64,000 bases of DNA from Verrucomicrobiota bacterium. Its GTDB lineage: Bacteria; Verrucomicrobiota; Verrucomicrobiia; CAIQCK01. Where the stretch lies: positions 94,731-158,730 of the forward strand of contig JAPLTX010000061.1 in NCBI GenBank assembly GCA_026397915.1, given 5' to 3'. Of the stretch, positions 1 through 8,730 are shown in pieces. The notes below the pieces were generated by a model. That model ran no database searches. It was not told where the DNA came from and saw nothing but the letters and a program-made list of their open reading frames with translations. The first letter of the stretch is position 1. Each line of letters opens with the position of its first letter. The translations under genes were made by a program, and so were the position numbers.

Positions 1-109
1 GAGTGAAGAGTGAAGAATTTTGAAAACGGACGGGAGACATCTGGCTTGGCAACCGGCTGAGCCAACTCTTCACTCTTCACTCTTAACTTTTCACTGATCG
101 CGTTCATGT

Positions 110-982
110 TCATCTTCCGGGTTGCGTCCATTTGATTTTCCCAACAAGCCCGTCCCAACTCAGCACGACGCTGTTCACGGCCGCCGGATCGTTGTTGGAC
201 GATGCAGTCTTGGCCGACTCACGACCGGGCACGATAATGGTCGCGCTCACGTCGCCACCGCGACTGACCTGCACGATACCGTTAACCAGCCGCACCGAAC
301 CGGGCATCGTAGGCATGCCATTGGCCTTGAACTCAATGAAGGCCATCTCACACCCCTTGGGCGGATCCGTGTCGGAGTTTCTGTAAGGAAACGGCAACAT
401 ATCCAGCGTTATTCTGTCCCATTGGTTTTGGCTGGCCATTTGACCAAAAAAAACAGTCGTCTTGGGTAACGACAGGCCCTTGGCGTCCGTGGACTTCAAA
501 TCTGTCTCAGCGGGGTCGAAAATGACTCCTTTGGTCAAGTATTTCCAAGGTTGAACATAATACCACCTGTCCTTGCCATAGGGCTTATTCGGTTGGTTCG
601 GTATGTTTCCCACCCAACCCCATCCGATTCTCTGCTGAAACATGATGGCGTAGGCGCTGTATTGCATCGCAACCAAGTCGGGGATGTTGGTTCCTGAATC
701 CTTGATGGTCTTATCCGTGGCGATCACCACCCGCATGCGGTAGTTGCGAGCAATGCCATACTGGCGGGCTAGGTTCAGGTCGTTGGAGAACTGCCGCGCC
801 GCGCTGATCAAAGAACTGCCCTTGGTGCCTTGGATCGACGGCATCGCCACCATCATCATCAGCCCGATGAGGGCCACCACAGCCATCAACTCAACGAGCG
901 TAAAAGCGGAACGGGAAGAGGCAAACGGCGGGAAGCAAGCGACGAGAGACCGGGCGCTCCTCATCAAATGCTCCTGCCGCAT
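110..982 (-). CDS. prepilin-type N-terminal cleavage/methylation domain pseudopilin (T2SS/T4P minor pilin)
   Basis: N-terminus SAFTLVELMAVVALIGLMMMVA is the class III signal/hydrophobic helix; start chosen at internal Met upstream of leader; ORF 110..1030. Confidence 0.6.
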   Translation of the reverse strand: MRQEHLMRSARSLVACFPPFASSRSAFTLVELMAVVALIGLMMMVAMPSIQGTKGSSLISAARQFSNDLNLARQYGIARNYRMRVVIATDKTIKDSGTNIPDLVAMQYSAYAIMFQQRIGWGWVGNIPNQPNKPYGKDRWYYVQPWKYLTKGVIFDPAETDLKSTDAKGLSLPKTTVFFGQMASQNQWDRITLDMLPFPYRNSDTDPPKGCEMAFIEFKANGMPTMPGSVRLVNGIVQVSRGGDVSATIIVPGRESAKTASSNNDPAAVNSVVLSWDGLVGKIKWTQPGR

Positions 983-1020
983 TTTCCCCGCTTTCCGCTT
1001 TCCACTTTCCGCTTTCATTA

Positions 1021-1713
1021 TTATTTCCAACTCCTCACGTCATCTTCGTAAGCTTTGGTCATGTTCTTGCTGCCCGGCTCCGACTGGTCAGTGCCTGTGC
1101 GTGTGTCGGGGCCATCGGAGAAGAAGGCGTAGCCTCCGGGGATGACGGTCGAGATGGCGGCATCGTCCTTGAACGGCACCGGCACCTGATTGTCATAAGC
1201 CGTGGGATCCGTCCAAGACTGCAAGTTGGATGGCTGGCCGTTTTGGAACGGCCCTCCGTAGTAGCTGCCTTTCTTGCCATTGTCGAAACAGTAGGCGTAA
1301 GGCATGCTCCACGGGTCGTAGAATGCCAGCGGGCACTGGTTGCCGGATCCCGGAATTGTCACATCCTTCAGCTTGAACTCCATGAACTGGATGGCTCGAG
1401 GGTTGTCGGTCGCCGCCTGGCCGTTGGCAATCTTTTGGCCCGTCTGGGGATTCATCAAACCGTTGAAAACCAGGATGAAATCCTGATCGTTGGCCGGGTC
1501 CGGCCACTTGCCATACTCGTTGTTGTAAGACTTGGCGGCCCCGCAAAGGCTTTGGATGGCCGCGCCCGCCTTGGCTTTGTTGGCGGCGTTCTTGACCACA
1601 TTGATGGTCGGGAACAACAAGCCCATCAACACCACGATGATGCTGATGACCACCAGCAACTCCACCAAGGTAAAGCCGCCGCCCCGGCGCTTCCGTTGTT
1701 CCATCGTTTTCAT
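1021..1713 (-). CDS. prepilin-type pseudopilin
   Basis: MKTMEQRKRRGGGFTLVELLVVISIIVVLMGLLFP motif typical of PVC-group pseudopilins; long GC-rich N-extension of ORF 1021..1815 discarded. Confidence 0.6.
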   Translation of the reverse strand: MKTMEQRKRRGGGFTLVELLVVISIIVVLMGLLFPTINVVKNAANKAKAGAAIQSLCGAAKSYNNEYGKWPDPANDQDFILVFNGLMNPQTGQKIANGQAATDNPRAIQFMEFKLKDVTIPGSGNQCPLAFYDPWSMPYAYCFDNGKKGSYYGGPFQNGQPSNLQSWTDPTAYDNQVPVPFKDDAAISTVIPGGYAFFSDGPDTRTGTDQSEPGSKNMTKAYEDDVRSWK

Positions 1714-1763
1714 AAATTCGTTCCTTTTCATCTGCCAACTCCCATCTCCCAACTGCCTGCCGC

Positions 1764-2648
1764 TTACCGCTGCTGCCAGTTGTTGATGTCGTCGTTGTCC
1801 TCGCCACCGTAACAATGTTTTATTCCACCTCCGGCTGTAACCTGAGTCTCGAATGGCTTCGTGAAATAAACAGGTATCTGAGGATGGTCAATCCCGTTCC
1901 AATGTTCTACGGTCGTCATTTGATCGAGCTTCAAGTCTCGCTGGCGATCATAGGGCTTGTCGCGATCCTGCCAGGTCGTGCCGTCCGCGCCGTAAGAACA
2001 TATGTCGCAGGAAGGGCTGCCCCAGATGGTGCCGGTGGTCTTGTTATTATGACGCGGCATCATGGTGCCGTCGGTGAACTTGTAGCTGTTTCCGTCGTAG
2101 CTCTTGTAATTCAGCGGGTTGCCCCAAGCATCCACAATCTGCATGTAGTTGCCGGGGGCCTCGTCATACGTCGCTTGGATTTTCGTGTTGCCCGTAATCA
2201 GTTGCTCGCGCTTGAAAACCATATAAGGCTGCTTCTGGTATCCAGTTCGCAAGTGAACGCCCTTATATGCCAGATAAAACCACAAAGCTTCACTAGGCCA
2301 AACAAACTGGTTGGACCTAAGATCGTCATTGTTAGCGTCCGTTGTGCTTGTTGTGCAGGTGACATCCGGCGGAAACCCGCCTCTGTCCGCGAAGAACATC
2401 TCTGCCGCCGTGTTCACCTGGTGAACGGTAGTGACAGTGCGGTTTTTCATCGCGGTCCTGTTGGCAAAGCCCGCGCCAGCAATCACGATGCCCGAAACAA
2501 TCCCGATGATGACAATCACCGCCATCAGTTCGACGAGAGTGAAGCCCGAGGCGGAGCGCAGGGCATTGAGCGTGGGGCGTCGAGCGTTCGCGGCTCCCGC
2601 CGTCGTTGTCGCCACTTGCTTTCCAACAATGGATTTCCAGTTTTTCAT
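1764..2648 (-). CDS. GspG-like major pseudopilin/pilin with prepilin N-terminus
   Basis: SGFTLVELMAVIVIIGIVSGIVIAG N-terminal methylation domain. Confidence 0.6.
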   Translation of the reverse strand: MKNWKSIVGKQVATTTAGAANARRPTLNALRSASGFTLVELMAVIVIIGIVSGIVIAGAGFANRTAMKNRTVTTVHQVNTAAEMFFADRGGFPPDVTCTTSTTDANNDDLRSNQFVWPSEALWFYLAYKGVHLRTGYQKQPYMVFKREQLITGNTKIQATYDEAPGNYMQIVDAWGNPLNYKSYDGNSYKFTDGTMMPRHNNKTTGTIWGSPSCDICSYGADGTTWQDRDKPYDRQRDLKLDQMTTVEHWNGIDHPQIPVYFTKPFETQVTAGGGIKHCYGGEDNDDINNWQQR

Positions 2649-2700
2649 CGTCTCAACTCATTCAAATCTACGCCCATAACGCCCAACGCCTTACGGCCGC

Positions 2701-3987
2701 CTATGCCGCGCCGCCCAGCTTCGTGAGGATGGTCACCAACGGCAGGAACAACGCCACAACAATGACGCCAACCACCACGGCCAGGAACACGATCAGCATC
2801 GGTTCCAACAGCGAGGTGATACCGGCGACGGCGTTGTCCACTTCCTCGTCGTAGTTGTCGGCGATCTTCATCAGCATCTCCGGCAACGCGCCGGTTTCCT
2901 CGCCAACGTCAATCATCGAGACCACCATCGGCGGAAACACCTTGCTGGCCTCCAACGGCCGCACCACCGATTCGCCCTCCTTCACCGAGTCGTGCACCCG
3001 CTGCACGGCGTCGGCGATGACGCGGTTGCCGGAAGTTTCCTTCACGATCATGAGTCCTTGCAGGATCGGCACGCCGCTGGAGATGAGCGTGCCGAGCGTC
3101 CGCGTGAACCGCGAAATGCCGACCTTGCGGATCATCGGGCCGAAGGCGGGCATGTTGAGTTTGAAGTTGTCCCAGAGCCTGGTGATCGCCGGCACCTTCT
3201 TGATCAGGAAGTTGAACAGCACCACGAACAGCACCACGCCGCCACCGACCACCAGCACGTTTTCGCGAATCAGCTTGCTGGTATTCATCACGGCTTGGGT
3301 CAGCGGCGGCAACGGTGCGCCTTCGAGCAGGTCTCTGAAGATGTCCTGGAACTTCGGCACGATGTAGGTCATCAGGAAGAACAGGATCGAGATGGCAATG
3401 GTGAGCACGACGATCGGATAGACCGACGCCGCGAGGACTTTGCCGCGAATCTTCTGCGCCTTCTCGGCGAACTCCGCCAACCGCGTCAGCACGACTTCGA
3501 GCACGCCGCCCGCTTCGCCGGCGCGGATCATGTTGATATAGAGCCGGTCAAACACCCGCGGGTGGTGCTGCATTGCCTCGGACATCGTCGAGCCGCCTTC
3601 GACCGCCTCGGCCAGCGCGGTGATGGTCTTCTTGAGGGCGGCATTGCGTTCCTGGCGCTCCAGTGTGCGCAACGCGCGCAGCAACGGCAGGCCGGCGTCA
3701 ATGAGCGTCGCCAGTTGGCGCGTGAAAATGGTGAGGAGCTTCTTGTTCACCCGGTCCGTAATGCCGGGGATGTTGATCTCCATCTGCTGCCAGCCACCCT
3801 TTTTGCCGCCCGCCGCGCTCGCCGCCTTGGACTTGCGGCCTTTGCCGGAGCCGGCCTCGGTGATCTTGGTGGGGAAATACCCCATCTCCTTGAGCTTGTT
3901 AATCGCGCCGGCGGGACTGTCTGACTCCATCTCGCCAGAAGTCTCTTTGCCGCGGGCATCTACTGCGGTGTATTCATACTTGGGCAT
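2701..3987 (-). CDS. gspF: type II secretion system protein F / type IV pilus assembly protein PilC
   Basis: 428 aa, two GspF repeats with three TM segments, strong family resemblance across full length. Confidence 0.9.
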   Translation of the reverse strand: MPKYEYTAVDARGKETSGEMESDSPAGAINKLKEMGYFPTKITEAGSGKGRKSKAASAAGGKKGGWQQMEINIPGITDRVNKKLLTIFTRQLATLIDAGLPLLRALRTLERQERNAALKKTITALAEAVEGGSTMSEAMQHHPRVFDRLYINMIRAGEAGGVLEVVLTRLAEFAEKAQKIRGKVLAASVYPIVVLTIAISILFFLMTYIVPKFQDIFRDLLEGAPLPPLTQAVMNTSKLIRENVLVVGGGVVLFVVLFNFLIKKVPAITRLWDNFKLNMPAFGPMIRKVGISRFTRTLGTLISSGVPILQGLMIVKETSGNRVIADAVQRVHDSVKEGESVVRPLEASKVFPPMVVSMIDVGEETGALPEMLMKIADNYDEEVDNAVAGITSLLEPMLIVFLAVVVGVIVVALFLPLVTILTKLGGAA

Positions 3988-4173
3988 GGCAGCTCTCCGG
4001 TTTGTCTGTTTCGGCTCTACTGAATTAGGTCACTTCATCTCGTGGAACTCACCATCAAAGTTCAAGAAAAGTGGAGTAATGGGTGGTGGAGTATTGGAGT
4101 GCTGGGTTGGACGGCCGGTTTCTGTTCGCTACTCCATCACTCCAAGACTCCATTACTCCACCGCTCCGGAGCC
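3988..4173. repeat. intergenic hairpin element built from GGAGTNNTGGAGT / ACTCCANNACTCC octamer repeats (gspE-gspF spacer)
   Basis: family also at 57081-57140, 57981-58020, 62731-62815 (host) and 19725, 25101, 27991, 30681, 41361 (prophage). Confidence 0.7.
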
Positions 4174-5877
4174 TTACGTGTATTTCACGACTTCCTCGAG
4201 CGAGGTTTCGCCATCGAGAATGCGCCGGATGCCATCCTGGCGCATGGTGCGCATGCCAAGCTCCATGGCCTTGTCCCTGAGGACCATGCCGGCCACGCGC
4301 TCGTTGATGAGGGTGCGAATGGGGTCGGACACGCGCAGCAGTTCGCAGATGACGGTGCGGCCTTTGTAGCCGCTGTCGTTGCACTCGGAGCAACCCTTGC
4401 CGAAGAAGAACGTCTTGCCCACCACTTCGGACGGTTTGAGACCGAGGAGGTTCAGGTCTTGTTCGGTCGGCTCGTAGGCGGTCCGGCAGTTCTTGCAAAT
4501 CTTGCGCACCAACCGCTGGCCGAGCACCGCTTCGAGCGTGGAACTGACCAGGAACGGTTCGACACCCATGTCAAGCAGACGGGTGACAGCGCCGGAGGAA
4601 TCGTTGGTGTGCAGCGTCGAGAAAACCAGATGGCCGGTCAGCGATGATTGGATGGCAATCTGCGCCGTCTCCAAGTCGCGCATCTCGCCCACCAGGATGA
4701 TGTCGGGGTCCTGGCGCAAAAAGGCGCGCAATGCCTTGCCGAACGTCAGCCCGACGGCTGGGTTGATCGGCACCTGCATGATGCCTTCGATTTCGTATTC
4801 GACAGGATCCTCGGCAGTGAGCAGTTTGGAATCAATGGTGTTGATGCGACCGAGGCAGGAGTAAAGCGTCGTGGTCTTGCCGGAACCGGTCGGGCCGGTG
4901 ACGATAAAGATGCCGTTGGGCCGTTCGATGATTCCGCAGACTTCGTCAAAGATGGCCTTGGGCATGCCGAGCGTGGCGAGGTCGAGGTTGACGACGGAGC
5001 GGTCGAGCACGCGAAGCACTACGCTTTCGCCAAACTGCGTCGGCAGCGTCGAGACACGGAGGTCCACCGGCCGGCCGGCGATGGACATCTGGATGCGGCC
5101 GTCCTGCGGGATACGCCGCTCAGCGATGTTGAGGTTGGCCATGACCTTGATGCGGCTGGTCACGGGTAACGCCAGATGCTTCGGCGGCGGCGCCATTTCG
5201 TAAAGCGCGCCGTCCACGCGGTAGCGAATCTTGAACATCTCCTCGAACGGCTCGAAGTGGATGTCGCTCGCGCGGTCGCGGATGGCTTGGAAGAGAACGA
5301 GGTTCACGAAGCGGATGACCGGCGCCTCGCCGGCCATCGCCGCGATGTTCTCCACCGTCATGATATCGGGCGCGGCCACCTCCGTGAGGTTCGTCAGGCC
5401 TTCGATTTGCGAGATGAGGTCGTCCACCGACTCAGACCCCTCATCACCGTAGAGTTGCTTGACCATCGCCCCGATCTCGTCGGGATCGGCAACCACGAGA
5501 TGGATGTCGCGGTCCAGGACGAAGCGCAGTTCCTCGACAATGCCGGCATTGAGCGGGTCACTGACGGCGATGTGAAGTGTGTTGCCTTCGAGCTTGATCG
5601 GGATGGCGCAGTAAGCGCGCGCCTGCGCCGGCGGGATGAGTTTCAGCGTCTCTTTGGACAGTTCCTGGTCCTTGATGCTGATCAACTCGGTGCCGAGGTG
5701 TTGCGCGACGACGCTGAGAATCTGCTCGCGCGTCAGCACATCCATATCCATGAGGACTTCGGCAATACCTTTACCGCCACGCGCACTTTCGGCCTCGATC
5801 TCGGCCAACTGCTCGGCGGGCAGCAGTTGATGTGCCTTCAGGATGCCCAGCAAAACGTTGGATTCAGCTTCAAACAT
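4174..5877 (-). CDS. gspE: type II secretion/type IV pilus ATPase GspE/PilB family
   Basis: T2SSE N-domain, Walker [11 protein letters not shown], Asp box, His box, tetracysteine CxxC...CxxC zinc motif. Confidence 0.9.
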   Translation of the reverse strand: MFEAESNVLLGILKAHQLLPAEQLAEIEAESARGGKGIAEVLMDMDVLTREQILSVVAQHLGTELISIKDQELSKETLKLIPPAQARAYCAIPIKLEGNTLHIAVSDPLNAGIVEELRFVLDRDIHLVVADPDEIGAMVKQLYGDEGSESVDDLISQIEGLTNLTEVAAPDIMTVENIAAMAGEAPVIRFVNLVLFQAIRDRASDIHFEPFEEMFKIRYRVDGALYEMAPPPKHLALPVTSRIKVMANLNIAERRIPQDGRIQMSIAGRPVDLRVSTLPTQFGESVVLRVLDRSVVNLDLATLGMPKAIFDEVCGIIERPNGIFIVTGPTGSGKTTTLYSCLGRINTIDSKLLTAEDPVEYEIEGIMQVPINPAVGLTFGKALRAFLRQDPDIILVGEMRDLETAQIAIQSSLTGHLVFSTLHTNDSSGAVTRLLDMGVEPFLVSSTLEAVLGQRLVRKICKNCRTAYEPTEQDLNLLGLKPSEVVGKTFFFGKGCSECNDSGYKGRTVICELLRVSDPIRTLINERVAGMVLRDKAMELGMRTMRQDGIRRILDGETSLEEVVKYT

Positions 5878-5878
5878 G

Positions 5879-6900
5879 TCACTTCATACCCAGTTGTTGC
5901 ATCATGGTATCGGGATCCTGCGCGGTGGTCAGCATCTCGCCGTAGTCAATGATGCCTTTCCGGTAAAGCTCCACCAAATGACTGTCGAGCGTGAACATGC
6001 CGTGTTTCGCGCCGGTCTGGATGTCGCTTTGGATGCGGAAGGTCTTGTTGTCGCGGATCAGCGCCTGGATGGACTGCGTGGTGATCATCACCTCGAACAC
6101 CGCCACGCGCCCCTTGCCGTCTTTCTTCGGCAGCAGCAACTGCGAGATGACCGCCTTGATCGAGCTGGCGAGCTGCGTGCGGACCTGCTCCTGCTGCGCC
6201 TGGTGTGCAGCGTGGCGAAGACCAAGTGGCCCGTTTCCGCCGCGGTGATGGCGGCCTCCATCGTTTCGAGGTCGCGCATTTCACCGACGAGAATCACATC
6301 GGGGTCCTGCCGCAAAGAGCGGCGCAACGCCTCGGAAAACGAGGTCACGTCCACGCCGATCTCGCGCTGGGTGACGATGCTCTTCTTGTTCGAGTGGTAA
6401 TACTCGATCGGATCCTCGACGGTGATGATATGGACGTCGCGCTCCTCGTTGACAACGTTCAACATCGAGGCCAGCGTCGTGGTCTTGCCGGAACCGGTCG
6501 GACCCACCACAAGGATCAAACCGCGCGGCAGGTAGAGCAAATCCTTGATGCTGGGCGGCAGGCCGATCTGATCCAGCGTCATCATCTTCGTCGGAATCTG
6601 CCGCATCACCAGCGCGAAGTTGCCGCGCTCCTTGAAAATGCTGACGCGGAACCGCGCCTTGTCCTGATAAGCAAAACCGAAATCGCTGCCGCCGACCTCG
6701 CGCGTCCGGCGCAGGTGTTCTTCGCTGGTGATGGATTTTACCAGCCGCTCCGCGTCCTCCTGTGTCACCGGCGGCACTTGTGTCAACGTCACCAGCGAGC
6801 CGTGCAAACGCACCACCGGCGACAATCCAACCCGGATGTGAAGGTCGGAGCAATTCTCCGCTACGACCAACTCCAACAACTGGTCCATTCGGACTTTCAT
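5879..6900 (-). pseudogene. pilT: twitching motility ATPase PilT, disrupted by ~47-nt internal deletion causing frameshift
   Basis: N-part (6190..6900) reads through Walker A/B to [10 protein letters not shown] then shifts frame; C-part [38 protein letters not shown]...IRDNKT continues in another frame to stop at 5879; the segment just after [10 protein letters not shown] that other PilT proteins carry (e.g. P. aeruginosa TSAAKTIDRVVDVFP, recalled from memory) is absent. Confidence 0.7.
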
Positions 6901-6951
6901 ATCGTTTCCTCTAAATCGTCTATCGTCAGCGATGATCTTTCGGTTGCGCGG

Positions 6952-8691
6952 TTAGTCAACGTCGGCCGCTGTGGTCTTCATCACTTCCTCCGGCGTTGTC
7001 AACCCGGCGACTGCCTTGCGAACGCCATCCTCACGCAACGTGCGCATGCCCAATTCGCGCGCCGCCTTGCGCAGAACGTGCGCCGACACCCGCTCGTAAA
7101 TCAGTTTCTGAATCTCTTCGTTGATGACAAAAACCTCAAAGATGCCGATCCGGCCGCGGAACCCGGTCCGGTTGCACTCGTTGCAGCCGCGGCCCTTGTA
7201 GAAGGTCGTCGTCGTGACCTGCTCCGCCGTCAACCCCATGAACCGCCGTTCGGCGTCGGTCGGTATGTAAGGTTCCTTGCAGCGTTCGCAGATTTTTCGC
7301 ACCAGCCGCTGTGCCATGATTGCGCGAATGGACGACGCGCAAAGGAACGGCTTTACGCCGATGTCCAGCAAGCGTGTGACGGCGCTGGGCGCGTCGTTGG
7401 TGTGCAACGTGGAGAACACCAAATGACCGGTCAACGACGCGTTGATGGCGATCTCCGCCGTTTCAAGGTCGCGAATTTCACCGATCATGATCACGTTCGG
7501 CGCTTGGCGCAGGATCGAGCGCAACGCCGCCGCGAACGTCATGCCGACTTCCTCTCTCACCTCCACCTGATTCACGCCCGACAGCGAATACTCCACGGGG
7601 TCTTCCACTGTGATCAGTTTCTTGTCGGGACGGTTGATGAAATTCAGGCAGGAGTTCAGCGTGGTGGTCTTGCCGGAGCCGGTCGGGCCGGTCACCAGCA
7701 GGATGCCGTCCGGCAGCGTGATCAGCCGCTCAAACGTCGCCTGATCGTCGCTGAAGAATCCAAGCTGCGGCAGGCCGACGAGCATGCTCTTCTTGTCGAG
7801 AATACGCATGACGATGCTCTCGCCATGCGCCGTCGGGATGTCGCTGACGCGCAAGTCGAACGGTCTCTCCACCACGTTGATCCGGATGCGGCCATCCTGC
7901 GGAATGCGCTTCTCGGCGATGGACATGTTCGCCATGATTTTGAGACGCGAGATGATGGACGCCTGCAATCGTTTCGGCGGGTTCTCGATCTCTTGCAAAT
8001 AACCGTCAATCCGGTAGCGCACGCGCAGCTTCTTCTCCAATGGCTCAACGTGAATGTCGCTTGCCCGCATCTTCACCGCCTGCACGATCATCGCCGTCAC
8101 CAACTTGATGATCGGCGCGTCGCCCTCGCTCACCGGCCCGCCTTCCTCTGCGCCGCCGCGCAACATGATGTCATCGTCAGTCACCTCATGGCCAATCTTG
8201 CCCATGATTGACTCGATGGCATCGTCAGCGCTGCCGTAGTATTGCGTGAGAGCCTTCTCAATGTCGGACTTCGTGGCCACCATCCCCTCTACGTTGCACT
8301 TGAGGATGTAGCGCAGGCTGTCGAGCGTATCCACATCCATGGGATTGGAGAGCGCCACGGTGATCGTATTCTCGTGCTTGAACACCGGCACGATCTGGTA
8401 GCGACGCGCGACGTGCGACGGCACGGACTGGATGACATCGTCGGCCACCTTGTGTTCGGACAGCGTGATGACGTCCATGCCGAACTGGTTGGCGAGCGCC
8501 TGCGTCACCTGAAGCTCGGTGATGATGCCCTTCTTGATCAAAGCATCCACGATGCCCTTGGTCTTCGGATCGCTGCCGATAAGGGGCGTCGCCTGTTCGA
8601 TGTCTTCCTGGGTCACCAATCCCAGGTCGCGCAGGATATCCACTATATATTGGTCGTTGGCTGCCACAAAAAAGCTTCCACTAACTTCCAA
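6952..8691 (-). CDS. pilB: type IV pilus assembly ATPase PilB-like (GspE family with N-terminal T2SSE_N domain)
   Basis: 579 aa, GspE_N domain, Walker [11 protein letters not shown], CxxC..CxxC; non-ATG (TTG) start inferred. Confidence 0.85.
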   Translation of the reverse strand: MEVSGSFFVAANDQYIVDILRDLGLVTQEDIEQATPLIGSDPKTKGIVDALIKKGIITELQVTQALANQFGMDVITLSEHKVADDVIQSVPSHVARRYQIVPVFKHENTITVALSNPMDVDTLDSLRYILKCNVEGMVATKSDIEKALTQYYGSADDAIESIMGKIGHEVTDDDIMLRGGAEEGGPVSEGDAPIIKLVTAMIVQAVKMRASDIHVEPLEKKLRVRYRIDGYLQEIENPPKRLQASIISRLKIMANMSIAEKRIPQDGRIRINVVERPFDLRVSDIPTAHGESIVMRILDKKSMLVGLPQLGFFSDDQATFERLITLPDGILLVTGPTGSGKTTTLNSCLNFINRPDKKLITVEDPVEYSLSGVNQVEVREEVGMTFAAALRSILRQAPNVIMIGEIRDLETAEIAINASLTGHLVFSTLHTNDAPSAVTRLLDIGVKPFLCASSIRAIMAQRLVRKICERCKEPYIPTDAERRFMGLTAEQVTTTTFYKGRGCNECNRTGFRGRIGIFEVFVINEEIQKLIYERVSAHVLRKAARELGMRTLREDGVRKAVAGLTTPEEVMKTTAADVD

Positions 8692-8730
8692 CCGCTACCA
8701 TGAAAATACTTCTACTGGAAGACCGGCACT

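Noticed and set aside
1-100. Inverted repeat GAGTGAAGAGTGAAGA...TCTTCACTCTTCACTC as a mobile-element end
   Set aside because: Single hairpin downstream of pseudopilin gene; best explained as a variant of the octamer-repeat hairpin family or a terminator, with no associated transposase.
6205-8211. 668-aa plus-strand ORF, and similar long ORFs 12119..12994, 15703..16809, 20193..21671, 27145..29199, 36918..37946
   Set aside because: Antisense to well-supported genes (pilB, Gfo/Idh/MocA, GT-MT, tail tip, head genes, MuB) in 62% GC DNA; Arg/Ala/Gly-rich low-complexity translations typical of spurious high-GC ORFs.
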